A DNA stretch of 64,000 nt from Blastocystis sp. Blastoise. Lineage: Eukaryota > Protista > Bigyra: Opalinata. Made by a program: the position numbers and the translations under genes. This document shows, in pieces, positions 30,956 through 47,400 of this stretch. Under the pieces are notes generated by a model. That model made no database searches. It was given only the letters and a program-made list of their open reading frames with translations, and had not been told where the DNA came from. The stretch spans positions 996,145 to 1,060,144 of the forward strand of contig JBBPEB010000021.1 of assembly GCA_039096225.1 (NCBI GenBank), written 5' to 3'. The stretch's first letter is position 1. Each line of letters opens with the position of its first letter.

Positions 30956-32186
30956 AGTGTATGTATTGTAGGTGGTCTCTCTGAACAGAAACAATTACGA
31001 ATGATTAATAAATGCCCTGATATTATTATAGGTACTGTAGGAAGGTATATAGTTATATATTATTATTGTTATTATTATTATTATTATTATATATATAGAT
31101 TATGGTGGTTATTTGATGAACAACATGTGACTGTTTCCAATATATCGAAATTAAGACATCTCGTTATTGATGAAGCAGATAAAATGGTAGTAGCAGGTGC
31201 TTATCCTGAACTTCAAAAGTTTGTTCGTTATTTGAAAAATGCTGAAGCTGAACATCCTAGTATATATATATATATATATATATTATTATAATGCATATAT
31301 AAATAACATTATATATTATTATAATACATATATAATTAACATTATATATATAGATCCAGTTCGAAAGACTTATTTATTTAGTGCTACTTTATCTCTTTCA
31401 GATACTTCTGTCTCTGCATCTCCTGTGAAACAATTATTATTTAATATAGCTGTTCAATCAAAACATCAAATATGTGTAAGTAATAACCGCGGGGATGAAC
31501 AAGTTGGTGATGAATCCAATCTTGAACAATCAAGTCATATTTTACCTGCAGGTATATAAATAATATAATAATAATAAGTATAATAATAAGTATAATAATA
31601 ATAAACATAATAAGTATAAGTATAATAATAATAATAATAATAATAAGTATAATAATAAGTATAATAATAAGTATAATAATAATATATATATATATATAGG
31701 TTTAACTTGTTTACATGTGAAGGTACCTGGTGATATGGAGAAAGAGAACTTTATATATGGATATATGCAGAAATATAAGGGACATACATTAGTATTCGTT
31801 AATTCTATTAATACATTAAAGTCTCTTTATGGTGTATTATCTCTTCTTCATCTTCCTATATATCGTTTATATGCTGGTATGCAACAGAAACAACGATTAA
31901 ATACTATAAATAAATTTAAGAATTCGAACGATGCTCTTTTATTATCGACAGATGTCGCGTCACGTGGTATTGATATTCCTGATGTCACCTGCGTCATTCA
32001 TTATCACATGCCTTTCTCTCCACAATTATTTGTACATCGTAGTGGTCGTACAGCACGTGCTGGAAAAGAAGGTGTTTCCATTTCATTGGTTACTCCACGT
32101 GAACAATCCTTGTATATATATATATATTTTTTTTTTGTTTTTTTTTTAAATTTTTCTATATATATATATATATATTGTTTTTTATT

Positions 32187-32217
<31 letters not shown>

Positions 32218-32801
32218 GATATCAGGATGTATGTACTTATGTGGGCCATCCAAATGGTTTCTCTGAATTCCCCAATGAAACACAATTAACCTCAAATAAG
32301 ATTAATTTAGATCGTTTAGAATTATGTCATAAAATATTTGATATTACTGACGCTACAAGCAAGCGTTCTCATGATTCCCAATGGCTTGAAAAGAATCGTA
32401 AGTTAATAGAAGAAGAAGAAGAAGAAGAAAATAATAATAGTAATAAAAAGAATAAGAAGGATAAGAAGAAAAATATGAAGAATGATGATGATAGTGATAA
32501 TAATGAAGAAGAAGAAGAAGAAGAAGAAGAAGAAGAAGAAAAGGAAGAGAAAAAGGAGAAAAAACAAATAGAAGAAGCAGTTGTCTTAACTAGAGAGCAA
32601 AAATTAGCCTTAAAAGTTCTTAGAAAGAATTTAGATACATTATTAACTACTCAGAATAGTTTATTACCTTATAGAGGATCATTTATTACTACTGATCCAA
32701 CTATTCTTCAAACTCTTCGTACTGCTACGAAATCAGGTGTTAAGAGAAATATTGTTGAAGATTGTAAAGAATTTGCTGCTAAACGTGGTAGAAAACATTA
32801 A
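28682..32801 (+). CDS. DDX24: DEAD-box RNA helicase DDX24/MAK5 with two N-terminal U1/matrin-type C2H2 zinc fingers
   Basis: PTDIQ, GAAPTGSGKTLAF, APTREL, VGGLSEQKQLR, VIDEADKM, FSATL, MQQKQRL, TDVASRGIDIP and HRSGRTAR. The acidic/basic insert after motif I is typical of DDX24. Confidence 0.9.
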
Positions 32802-33381
32802 TTGTGATATATTATGATGAATTAATCATAATGTATATTTTTTTGTTTAATGATTCGTTTTGTAATATTCATCTAATGACTTTATATATTTAATTCTTCT
32901 CTTTCAAGTTATGTTTTTAGAATATTTGTTTTTAAAATATATCTTTATTAATTCTATGTGTGAATTACATGTTTTGTTTATATTATATGATATCAAATGG
33001 CTACTAACGTAACATTTGATAATAATTTATTCTATTAGAGAATAAATGATTCATTTCATGTACCTATTATTTAAAAGTCATTTAAAACCATACTTTTGTC
33101 ATCTTGTAGATCATCAAAAATATATTAATACATCTATATTATTCTTATTAGTATGCCAAAATATATTTATCATAATAAAGAAAAAGAAATCAAAAAAATA
33201 ATGAATAAAAAGAAAAAATGACTCAAACTACTTGAGATAATCATAAAACTTCCTGTACCAGACATTTTTTTGTGGTTTTTTTTTCTGTTTTTCTAGGTTA
33301 CAATTTCTTTTATCAATTCTTTAGGTATGTATTTTAAATTTAAATTAATCTATACTATAAATCAATAGAGCTCTTTTTAAG

Positions 33382-36300
33382 ATGTCAACTGAACTTGCTA
33401 GACAACTCCAAGGAATATCTATTCCACGAATGGAAATCAAGACTGGAGTCTCTTTACTTTTTACTAGTCAAGAAGTAAAGGACCAAACTATGGATTACGT
33501 TTTCAATATAGGAAAGAATGGTTTATTGGAATTGATAAGAATAGATCCTTCTTTTATTGTGTTTGATACTACTTTATTTGGTAATAAGTTACGTGGTTTA
33601 GATAGAGAGCACGAAACTGAGCAAGTTAATAAGGATTTAGATGATTTAATCAAACAATTCTTATATACTGTGTCTCCTTATATGTTATTGAAAGCTTCTC
33701 AGAAATGCCTTGAATATTTATTCAGACATTTTTTTATTCATATTTATAATGTTTCCGATGTTATATTTTCTGTATTACCTTATCACGAATCTACATTTTT
33801 CCCTAAGGTGATAAGTTTATTAGTTATAGAAAAAGATGCTTTATGGTCCTTTTTAGGTGGTGTTAAGAGAAATAAGACATTTATTGCTCGTTCTTATCTT
33901 GCTAGTCAATGTATTAATAGAAAAGCATTATTATTATTTATTCTTCAAAATATGCAAGAAATGACTAAAAGTGATTATAATTGTACTTTACATTTAACTT
34001 TTGTTATTGCTCTTCTCTTTGACTTTATTAAATTGCAACGTGTATGTTCATTAGATAGTTATTATTTTATTTATATTATGTTTTAATTTTTTTTTTTATT
34101 TTATTTTTTTTTTATTTTTATTTTTTTCTAATCTATATATATATATATATATATATATATTTCTAATTTCTTTCATTAATACTATATTTATAAATACTAT
34201 ATTTTAATTATCATTTTATTATATATATATATTATTTATATATTATATATATATAGTTAGATGAATCAACAGTTCGTAGTATAATATCCTTTTGTTTGGA
34301 GGGTATAAAATGTATAAAAGAGAAAGAATATCAAGCAGGTAGTTATTTGATTTTATGTCAATTATCTTCTATTATTACTCTTGATAATAAAGTCTTAGTA
34401 ACTTGTTTACAATCTATGTTTAAGAATTATAGAATAGAAAATATACAATTAATATTACAAACTTATTTAATATTAACAAAAACTAAACAAGATATATCTT
34501 CTATAGAACAATTAATATCTTTAGAGTCTATAAATGATTTTATTCAAGATGAATCTGTTATATATAATTGGAATATATTAAAAGAAAAATATGATTTATA
34601 TTCTTTAGCTCATTTATTTACAAAGAATATACTTGAGTTATATATAAAGAATAATCAATGTTATGAATTTTTAAAAACTATTATTCTTTCTATACAAGAA
34701 GAGAATTACCATGATTATTTTATTCTTTTATTATCTTCTATGAATGAAATATATAGATCTTATAATACTGAATCGATGGATAAAGCTGTTGAAAGCCGTT
34801 ATGCTATTTTATTACGTTTCCTCGCAAGTCATTTTGGATCCTTATTTGATACTGAATTTACTCCTCTTTCTATTTCTTATGAACATATGAATATACTTAT
34901 AGAATCTATATTTAATGGTGGTGAACATATGCTGGTACAAAAAGGTGTTTCGATTTATAGTGCTTTACATAGTGAAGAAGAAGAAGTATACTATTAGATT
35001 TATTGTCATTCATTTTTGTTGTTTTTATTGAATTATGTTTTTTTTTTTTAAATTTTATTATATTTAATAATTATTCTATTTTTTATAATATTAATTTTGA
35101 TATATAAATTCTATTTTTCTTAAATATATTTTATTGATTATTATAGTATAACAATTATATATATATATATAAAACATACTATATTCAATCTATTTATTAT
35201 ATATATAGATACGTGAAAAAGGATTATCTCTTCTTCTCTCTACTCTTACTACTACTAATAATAATAATAAATCATTAGAGTTCTCAACTGAATTTTTACA
35301 TTCTTCTCTTTCATTATTATTACATGATAAATCTCAAAGAATAGTAAAATTAATTCTTTCATTATCAACTGAATTACTTTTATCTATATTTACTATTGAA
35401 CAATTTACTATAGAAATTATTTCTTTATTATCTTCTTCAATATATATTCAAAATCCAAATTATTATGAAGACATACTTCTATTACTATTAAAACATATTC
35501 AATCTATTCATTATTCTCAAGATTATTCTTTAGATTCTCTTCTTATTCCTTTATTCTGTTATCTCCCTATATCTGATACTATTACTACTATACAACAAGA
35601 AACTATCAATACATTAGTTACTCTATCTCATCCTCTTCTTCTTAATATAAAGACTATTATACCTGTAACAACAAAAGAATCACCAAAGAAAACTAAAGAA
35701 CAACAATCAAGTCCTATATATATACAATTAATAAATTTATTTACTAAGAATATTCAAGAGAATCTTTCTCTTTTATCACTTAGTCCTTTATTCTTAAATA
35801 ATACAATTTCTATTATTCCTCAATGGATCTATATACATATTCTTTGCCATTTATTACATTCGAATAATATTCATGATTCTACAATCTTATTCTCTATATA
35901 TAATAATTTGTTATCTGTTCTTATACAATATATTCAGAATGATACTCTAGATATATCAAATCATAAAGTTGAATATAATGATATATTAACAATATCTCCC
36001 CTTCTTCCTATTACTAAACAAGATTTATATTTCTATTCATTTGATGTTCTTTATTTCTTAATAAATATTATAGATTTTACTCTATATTCTCCTATAACTA
36101 AATATGGTGATAATCCTAAAGATGTCAGTCATCCAATTAATATACTTATTAATTTATATGCTATACATATAGATAGTCCATTTATTCAAGGTATTATAAA
36201 TCAATTAATAATAAAAGTAAATGCAGAAAAACCATTATCTTTATATTTACAAGTTCTTTCATTAAATTCGATGATTAAAACTGTATTTATACATATAATG

Positions 36301-39300
36301 AAATCTATATTAGTATATCTTCAAGAAACTAAAGAATTATATATAGATACATATATAAGTATATATCAAAATTTATTATTATTTTTAAATCATGAAGATC
36401 GTGAAATCCGTTCACTTACGTTACATATTTTTGAAGAAGTACAAAAATTAAATAATTCTGTTATTATACCTACTAGTATATCGAATATGAATTCTCTTCA
36501 ACAATTTAAATCTGTTTCGAATCGTTTTAATACACTTATTCTTAGTATACAAACAGAAATACAAGAAGATAATTCATATTTTAAGAATTATATACGTAAT
36601 TTATATAATAAGAAGTCAGAACCTAATTTTGAAAGTTCATTTAAATGTATAAATTATATAATGATATCTATTATTATGTCTACTTCTTCTTATTATCAAA
36701 AAATGCTTTATTTATCTTTAAATGATAAATATATATTAGATATGAATAATTCACAAATAATTATACGTACTTTAATGGATTCAATAGAAAACCCTCATTA
36801 TATTGAGGGATCTGAAACACAATTTGAAGGTAAAGCAATTCAATTGGTTAATGCTTATGATATTCGTATTTGGAAACATTTAATTCGTTTATTTATAAAG
36901 AATATTAGTTTTAATAGTAAAAATATGGATATGAAACAAGCTTATAAATGTTATATGCTTTATTTAACTCATTATAATAGTTATTATTATATAAATATGA
37001 AGACAAATATAATTGATAGTTATATACCTTTAGTAGATATATTAATAAATAGTGATAAAGATTTTTATATAAATATAACAGAAGATCAATTAGATCTTAT
37101 ATTCCATACTTTAAGTTCTATATTATATAGTCCTTGTGATATAGATAGTAATATTATTTATAATTCTATTAATAGAATGAATTTACCTTTCTCCTTATTT
37201 ATTAAAGAATCAAATAATTTAATGAGTGATATATATACTGATTTATTTGATAAATCAAAGAAAATAGCTGCTATTACTGTTTTTATAGAAATATTTAGAA
37301 ATGATAATCGTTTTAAAAATGAAATTAATTCAATTTCTATGCTTACTTCTATTTTATCTTATTTAATTGCTCTTATACCTAATAATAATAATAATAGTAA
37401 TAATAAAGATAATAATAATAATAATAATAATGAAAGTATATTTATACCTGCTAATATTGCAGACAATGAAGCAATTATTCATTCATCTGAGTATATTATT
37501 CAGACTATCTTAGAATGTCTTATTATTATAGTAAATAATTCTCAAAAAGAAAATAAATCATCTAATAATAGTAATAATAATAATAATAATAATAAAAAGA
37601 GTATGGGTATTAATAATAATACTAATAATAATACTATTAATAATAAACAAGAAATAACATCCGTTAAACGTCGTCGTAGTGGTTCTTTTTCAGTAATAAT
37701 AGAACAAGATATATATATAGATCCTTCTATCCTTATACATTGTCTTAATACTATTTCTTCTATTCAAGTAAAACATACTTGTTTACGTTTATTAGGTACT
37801 TTATGCTCTATTCAACCTCATACTATATTCCCTTATTTATATACATCATTAGAAGATTTAGCTTATCATATATATACAGAAGAAGATGAGAATTATTCTT
37901 ATTTACAAACAACAAAAAGTGTTTTTATTACAACTTGTCCTCATTTACGTGAATATCCTGAATATATTATACAAATATATAAATTATTTGTACCTTGTTT
38001 ATTATCCTTATCTTCTTCTCAAGCTATTTCTTTTGGTATTCAATTAATTACTTCTTCTTCATCTCGTTATTTACCTCATTTATTAGCTTTATTATTATCT
38101 ATTTATGCAGGATATACTATGGAAGGTAATCTTTATGAAGAAAAACATTATATTATTCATTCTGAAAAATATAATGATATTATTTTACCTATTGAAAAAT
38201 CAACTGTATATACTTTTATACAAGGTTTTATACATACATTTTCTTGCACTATTCAAGTACAATGTATATTAATAATATTAAGTGCTTGTGAAAATATACC
38301 GTATGAAGAAGAAATGGAAATAGAAAATAAAGAAAATAATACTAATAATAAGAATAAAGTATTTAATGAAAGTGTTCAAACATTAATAAAATCATTTAAA
38401 AAAGAACAAATTGAAGATAAAGCAGGATTACGATTTTTAAATATATTATTACATTGTATTTCGGATATAGTTAGTCATGAAGACTTTATTCGTAATATCA
38501 GTTCTTTACCTATACAACAACAAAATAGTATACAAAATATATTCTTAAGTATAACAGAATCATTATTATTATTAATACAAATATGTAATGATATTATTAG
38601 TAGTAATATAGAAGAAGATTTAAATATATGGCAAAAATGTCAAGAATCTACATATCTTATATTAGGAATAATAAATGAATTATTAAATACACCAGCATTT
38701 ATTACCGTTATTTCAGAGTTATTAAAACATCAGGATCTTTCTGTACGTCGACGTGCTCTTCAAATGTTAAATTCTAAATTATCATCTACATCTTCATCAC
38801 TTACTATAGAAGAACAATCTTTATATATAGATCTTATTGATGATATAGATGATATATTAACTAATGAACAAGATACTATATTAAATAAACAAACTGCTGT
38901 ATTATCACTTCATATATTAGCACAATATTTCGGATCTTTATCACCTAAATCATTTGTTCCTTCGTTAATCGCGGTTATTTCTATTATTTCAAAAACAGAA
39001 TTAACTACTACTTCTGATAATGAACGTGATGTCTTTTTAGGATCTTTATATATGTGTATAAGTGTATTAATTACTAAAGTTGGTGTTTTAATTATTCCCT
39101 TTTTACCTCGTTTCTTTAAACCTTATTTAGATCATTTTGAATATTATTTACAGAATCCAATTAAAGGAGAACAAGTATTATTATTCCAATCATTATTAGC
39201 TACTATGTCTGCTATTATTATGAATCAACCAAATATGATATCTCCTTATATGAAGAGAATATTAATTATATTATTAACACCTTCTTTACTTACTACTGCT

Positions 39301-40732
39301 TCTAATAGTATTAATAAATCATTAGATACTTTGTTTACTATTATACCTAAATATATATCATGCCGTTTATTATTACCATCACTTTATGATATATATTCAC
39401 AATTAAATAATAATTCTATATCTATATCTACATTATATCTTATTTTACAAAATACATTTGATATATTAGAATCTAATGATATAGAATTAATATATATAAA
39501 AGCATGGGATTTCTGTAATAAAGGATTAGAAGCTAGATATCAATATGATCTTCTTCAAAAAGAATGTTCTTTAGAACAGCATCAAGAATTTATAAAAACA
39601 GAACAAGCTATATGTAATTGTATGATTCATTTAATTATTAAATTAAATGAAAAACAATTTCAACCGATTTATGTAGCATCTGTCTCGTGGATGGAAAATC
39701 AATATATTGAAGAAAAAGAATCCATGCCTCCACGTGGAAAATGTATTGCTTTCTTTACATTTATATTAAATATTATACAAAAATTAAAGAGTATTTTTAT
39801 ACCTTATTTTTCGAATATAAATGAAGTATGTAAATGTATATATGAACAATTTTATGAACAAGGAAAGAAAAAACAAAATAAACTTAATTATTATGATATT
39901 TATTTAATTGAATTAGTTTCTGATTGTTTATTTAATGAATTTAAATATAATACTATTTCTTATATTGATGAAGATAAATTTAATCTTTATAAAGATATGC
40001 TTATTTCTACTTATAATTGCATTTATATTCCTGGAGGATTAGAAAGATTTAGAAGGTATATTTATATGTTTTTTTATTATGTTTATTTATTTATATGTTT
40101 ATTTATTTATTTTTTTTTTATTATGTTTATTTATTTATATGTTTATTTATTTGTTTTTTTTTTTATTATGTTTATTTATTTATATGTTTATTTATTAATA
40201 TTTATGTATTTATTTATTAATATTTAATAAATAATAATGATATATATATATATAGTATGATGTTAGATCATGTATGTCCTGCTATAACAGAATTAGTAGC
40301 TACTACGAGTGGTCATGATGTTTGGTGGAAATCACTTAATTATGATATACTTATGTTTACTAGAGAAGATGTTCCAACTGTTAAATATATTGCACTTAAA
40401 AATATACAAGTATTTACTATTATTATTATAGTTATTATATATTTTATTTATTTTATTAGTTTATTTTTAAAATATATTTTTATTTATTAAAACCAATTAT
40501 ATTATAATAATATTCATTCTTATTATTATTATTATGTTTATTATTATTATTATTATAGGATTGCTTTACACGTGCTTCTCAAGAATATATTTCACTTATT
40601 CCTGATTGTATTCCCTTCCTTGCAAATCTATTGGAAGATAGTGATGTTGCTGTTGAACGATTGGCTAGTGATGTTAAGATACAGTTAGAAACATTGAGTG
40701 GAGAACAATTAGATAATTTCTTAACTGTTTAA
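33382..40732 (+). CDS. UTP10: U3 snoRNP-associated HEAT-repeat protein UTP10/HEATR1, 5 exons
   Basis: N-terminal MSTELARQL...SLLF...SPYMLLKASQKCLEYL...LPYHES; BP28CT-like IKLNEKQFQPIY; C-terminal WKSLNY...EYISLIPDCIPFLANLLEDSDVAVE...LETLSGEQL. Confidence 0.95.
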
Positions 40733-41484
40733 AAAAGAGTATTTATTTCATTTTTATGTCTTTTTTTTTAATTATATTTCTTTATAGTTTGTATTATATT
40801 TCTTTTTAATGTTTGAAATGTTGTTCTAATATATACAAGTTGTTTTATTGTTATAAGTATATTTATATATTGATAAAACAGTCTTAATACATATATTTCA
40901 ATACTTATAAATCATATTTTTACTCTAAGTCTATCACATTTTTATATTTCAATAATCAAAATAAAAAGCAATTCTATTTATGACATATCATAATAAATAA
41001 ACATAGAGTAAATGAAATGTAATTCAAACTATTAAAAATACAATTAAAAAAAATGAACCACAAAAAACAAAGAAATGTTATTATATAAATATATAATTAA
41101 AAATAGTATACTCAAGTAATACCTAAATACTTAAAAATAAATCAAAAAAAAAAATAACAAAAAATAAAAAAAGAGAGAATATACATAGAATAATTAACAA
41201 AAACAAGTCAGAAATATTCTATGATATATGTAAAAATATAGATATATTTACATATATGATTATAAAAAATAATAAACAAATAATAAGAAATATTAACATA
41301 ATAAATAAAAATATTCTTTAACATAATATTATAAGAATTCAAGAAATACTAAAAATAAAAAATAATTAATATACATATTTAGAAAAGAAAAAATAAAATA
41401 ATAAATATTGAGGTCAAATTTCTCTATCAGTTATAGAAACTATATATATTCATATATAGATTATTATAATAAAAGAATTGTTTA

Positions 41485-44400
41485 TTAATGTTTAGGCAAT
41501 AGTAAACCTTGTTTGATATATACATCTTTGTATACCTTACGATTATAATTATTATTCAATATATGATATTTACAATAATGATACATAAAATATCCGACAA
41601 TAATGAATACTGTAATTCCTATTACACTACCGATAATAATATATATAAAAGAACCATTACTGGTATTTTCTATAATATGTATGTCATCATAATTACTAGT
41701 GATTGTACAATCCGATAATAATACTTGAATATCATTATTTGTATCTTTATATTCATTCATAAGATAATGATATACAGTATCCTTCCATTTCTCAACTTCG
41801 TTCTCAATATCCATAATACGAATAATCATACGAATCTTATGATTATCATTCACATTAAGATATATGTCTTCTAATGATATAATCCATATATGAGAAGAAG
41901 GAATAGAATAAACAGATAAATAACTATCTAATGTATGTAATAATATGTAAATTTGTTTTCCTTGAATCGATTCACTTCTGATTCCTGATATATATATAGT
42001 ATACTCTATATATACATAAGAAGAAGAAGGAGAAGAAGAAGGTAATAAACAACGTGTTCTATTTTCATTGGACCATAGAGGAGAAATTCCATTACGAACA
42101 CATTCACGTGTTCTATAAGAAGTTCGAATAGAAGTACATAATAAATAAGCTGTTTGACCAATAGAAGTTTCTGGCCAATCATTTTCTTCTTTACATGTAT
42201 GTTCTCGAATCACTAGTTGTATATCTATACTCATTTGCTTATCTGGATTACTTGCAGTTATTTTATAAGTCTTTAAAGATGATAGTATAGTAGGTGTTCC
42301 TTCAATAACTCCACTTTTCGTATTTAATGTGATTCCCGTGGGGAAATCAGGAGTCACAGTCCATGAATTAATATAATTCTGAATATTAGGAGATATTCCT
42401 ATTAATGGATCTTGTATATAAGCTACAATATAAGTAATAGGATAAGTAACTACAGGTGTTTTATATATACACGTATCAGATATATTAGTCCATTTGGGTA
42501 TATAATCATTACTACATATTCGTGTAATAGAACCTTCTTTATATAGATCTCCACAATCTAAAGTGATTGTTTCTCCTTTATTTGTAGCAGGAAAGCGACC
42601 TTCTGCAGGACATTGAGGATTGATTACTGTTATGGATATAGGTATATATGAATAATTATCAGTATTTGAAGCAATAATCATATGAATAGATTCAGAATAA
42701 GGAGATTTAGGTATACCTGTGATAGTACCTGTAGTTACATTCATAATAAGTCCTTCAGGAAGAGAAGGAATAATAGACCATGAAGTACATATACCTATAC
42801 ATAATGGAGTAATAGGATATAATTCAGAATTAATCACTGCTTGTATATAAGAAGGAGTCATAGAAATAGAAGGAGATTTTAATTTACAATTATAATGTTC
42901 TTGATCCCATTTTATAGCAGTATATCCATCTTCTGTTACATAGAAATTCTTTGAAGATGTAGAATCCAAACATCTTCGTTTACGTATACCTATATATCCA
43001 TCAGGACAAGATAAATAATTATCTGTATTATATCTAGCTGGAGGCCATTCACCATCTTCAAAACATAAATAAGTATCAGTACTTATTGTCAATAGAATAG
43101 TAACGTTATTATACTGACCTTCTGCTTTTATTGTATAATTATTCTTTTTTGTATATACTAAAGGTATTCCTGAAATAATTCCATTATTAAATAGAAGACC
43201 ATTAGGAAGAGAAGAAGGAGTAATAGACCATTTCTCAATGATACCTGAAGTTACTATAGGTTCAACAGATACAGTTCGATTTAATACAAATACATAAGAT
43301 GAATGTGGATAGGATAAAACTATATAATTAGAAGATAAAACACAATGATTCTCAATAGAAGACCAAGAAGGAATTCCATTCGGAGTTGAAGGAGGAATAC
43401 ACGATCGTTGATAATAACCACTAAAACCAGAAGGACAATCGATAGTCGTAGTATTTCCTTGATAAGTTCTTGACCATACATCATCTTTACAGAAATCACG
43501 ATTCATTTCTGTGGCAACAGATATATAGAGTTTTGTGGATATAGTAGTATTATAATGACTAGAAGAAGCAGTTATAGTATATTGTGTAAGAGGAATGTAA
43601 GTAGAAGAAGGAACACTAGTAATAACACCAGTAGCTGTATTTAATGAGAAAGAAGAAGGAAGAGAAGGAAAACTAGTGAAATTCAAATAGAGAGCATCTA
43701 TAAAGGGAACATTTATATATATAGATTCAGAAGCATATAATAGATATATTGATTGTTCATAATTAAATATAGTTGGAGGAGATAAAATACAATTCTTATT
43801 ATCTTCATTACTCCAAATACCTTTATCTGAACAGAGTCGTTTCTTTTGACCTGTATAAAATAATCCACAAGATTTATATGAATATTCTCCATAATAAACA
43901 GAAGGATATCCATCAATTGATGTACACAAATTATCCATAAGTCCTGTGAATAATGAAAATTCAGATATTTGAGCAGCTAAATCTGAAGTACAAACTCTTG
44001 GCTCATCAACTCGAAGATATGAATTTTCACATTCATCTATAGTTAACTTATATATATTATAAGGAATATCACTAATAATAGAATAAACTTTCTCTTCAAA
44101 TGAATAAGTAAAATATTGTTGTTTTACTTGATGTATAATAGTATAATTAATATTATCATTTGAACCTTCTAATGTCCATCCTGAAGGAGTATATATATTA
44201 CATAAATAATAATTACTTATAGAATATCTATTAATATATTCTTTTATTTGATTATTATAAATATATGAAATAGAAACACCAACACATTGTGATCTGTATC
44301 TATATATAGTATTCTTATTATTATCAAATGCATTATCAATACTATATTGACTAATACTATCTTCATAAGGAGTATACCCATAACCATTCTTCTGATAACG

Positions 44401-47400
44401 TATATCTTTTAATATAGGAACAAGACTAATATTAAATATAGTATCACTAAATATACGTTTACCACGATGTATTTCTACAGCTATAGTATTATTTCCTATA
44501 TTTATAGATACAGGACTTAATTGTAAATGAATACTTCCACCTACTGTTTCAGGTAAATAAGGATCAAATATTGATATTGTATTACGAGTTATAGATATAT
44601 TTTCTAATCCATATCGAAATGCTTCTTTTCCATTTATATATAATATACAACCACCTCTTAATGTTATTGTATAGGAGAGAACAGCTATATTCTGTAATGT
44701 AGTAAAATAATAATTCATACGATAATATTGAGTTATACCTTGAGGTGGGGACATATTCAATATAGTTCCTGTCTTCCATCCTATTGGCTGATAATCTATC
44801 TTCATCCAATCAGATGGAAGAGGAGTATCACTTAAAGTATCATAATAAGTCCATTGTATTTCAGAAGATAATAAAACACTATAAATAGAAAAATAATATT
44901 CTTTTTTATATTCTGAAGGAGATAGAGTTCCAGTAAATACAATAGTACCATCTTTTAATAGTATAGAAATAGAAGAAGAAAGCCAGCCATAATCATTTTG
45001 TGTAATTAACGTAATAGAATAATCAAATGTTTTTCGACAATAAGAAACTATATTATCAGCTATTTTAGTATATTGAGTATAATTACCAATAATTTCTTTT
45101 GTTTCTCTATCTTGAATATAATAAGAAAATGAATTATAAGTATCATCCCAAGATGGAGAAAACACAGATTTAAATAATATATTTGGAGATATACATGTAT
45201 ATATTTGTATAGTTAATGTAGTATTCTTATATTCATTTCGAATATTTCTTCCTTGTATAATAATAGTAGTATTTTCTGTAGTTTCTAAAGGTATACCTAC
45301 AATAATACCTGTATAGGTATCTAAAGATAATCCTTTTGGTAATGTTCCTTCTATAATACTGAATGATATATAATAATCATTAGGATAAGAAGTAGATATA
45401 TCTATTCCTATATATCCAATAATAGGATTTAGAGAATATGTTAATTCAGGAATAAGAATAGAATTCTCATTATATATATAAAATTCTAATTGATTCATTT
45501 GAGCATTAAAATGATTATCTTCTTTAGGTTTATATACATATAATAAATAAATAGGATACGATTGTATATGAGGATATGTATAGAAACATCGTCTACCAAT
45601 AGAAATACTCCATTGAATATCTTCTTGAGTATCTAATAACATACAATGTAATCGCTCATAATCGCAACCATAGAATGACCATGATTCAATACCATCTTCA
45701 GGATGTATTAAATTAATTGCAATACAATATCTATTAATATATTCAAATCGATATTTAGATTCATAAAAAAGAGAAATTAATCGTGGTTTTTCAACTTGTG
45801 TTTTATAAGACATACTGAATATTGAATAATAATTCAAATCAAATAAAGCAGAAACATAATTATAGATCTCTGTACTATTAATAGAACCAAATATATTCCA
45901 TATTCTAGGATATATAGCACTAGATGATAAATAATGTATACTTAATTCTACATTATTTGTATAAGGTAATTTTGTTGTTCTACTATATAGTGTAGCAAAA
46001 GCAATAGTATTAATACCATTATGAAAATAATTCATCGATAAAGAAATAGTTCTAATTGTAACACTAGTATTATTATTAGAAGGCATAGTATTATCAGTAA
46101 TAGGAATAGAAGTATCATTAAGATCTGTTTTATAAGCTATTTGTTCATTTATATATAATAATACACTATTAGGACCTTTCAATATGATTTCCATACCTTG
46201 ATATTTATTAGTATCATCAATAGTAATTGTAGTACGATAATAACGATTATAACTATTATATTTCAATCGAGAAGACGTATTTAAACATGAAAACCATGTA
46301 TTTGTTATAGGAGAAGAAGAAGAAGTAAAATAATCATTTGTATACCAAGTAGAATCTATGAATGTATCATTATCTAATTTACAGAGAACAGAAGAATCAC
46401 GGTTATTTAATACATAATCTAACACAATAGGTGCTTTTATTGAATATCCACTATGTAGACTACCATAGAAAACAGTATTAGAATAAATATCATCTCTTAA
46501 AGAGACTTTTAAATTAGAAGAACTAAACCAAGAAGTTGATCCTATAGATGATAATGCTAATGTATATATACCTCTAGGTAAACATAAGGTTTTATAATAT
46601 GCAGAAGAAGAAATAGCATGATCTAAATATATAGTAGTATCATTCATATTAATTAATTCTATATATTCATATTCATAAGAAGCAGCATGTGAATTCTTTA
46701 TTAAATCAACAGTAACATATTTATCATTACTACATACTAAGATATCTACATGAAATGTAATAGTAATAGTTTTCTCATATAAATAGCTATACACTTCTAT
46801 AATAAAATCATCACTAAAAGTAACTGTAGGATATCCACTAATAGTTCCTGAAATAGAATCTAGTGTCAATCCTTTAGGAAGAGAAGAAGGAGATTTCATT
46901 CTATAATTGGATACACCAGAATGAAGAGGAGATATACTCACTTTCTCTATACTAATAAACCAAGTAAATGAATCAGAACCATAAGAATATTCTTGTAGAA
47001 TCTCTTTATTACTTGCATAGAAATTGATATTAAATACAGATACATAAGTAGAGGTTTGATAGGTTTCTGTAAATGTAATATTGATAATATTAAATAAATG
47101 TATATTGGATAAGAAATAAAATGTTTGTAAATCATTGATATTCGTAAACATTAAATTACTATAGAAAGCAATAGGTTCCCAAGTAGTGCCATTGTCATTA
47201 GATCCAGAAATAAAGAAGGATTTAGGAAGAGATTTATAATCAGAAACATCACAACCCATGTCTATTGTATTAATCCATTCTTTACGTTGATTTGGGAATG
47301 TATATAATAAGGAAGCACGTTCATTGATCATTAATCCTGACCATTTCGTTGTATATAAACCATCAAATGCATTATCAGCTATTTCATTTTCTTTATATAG

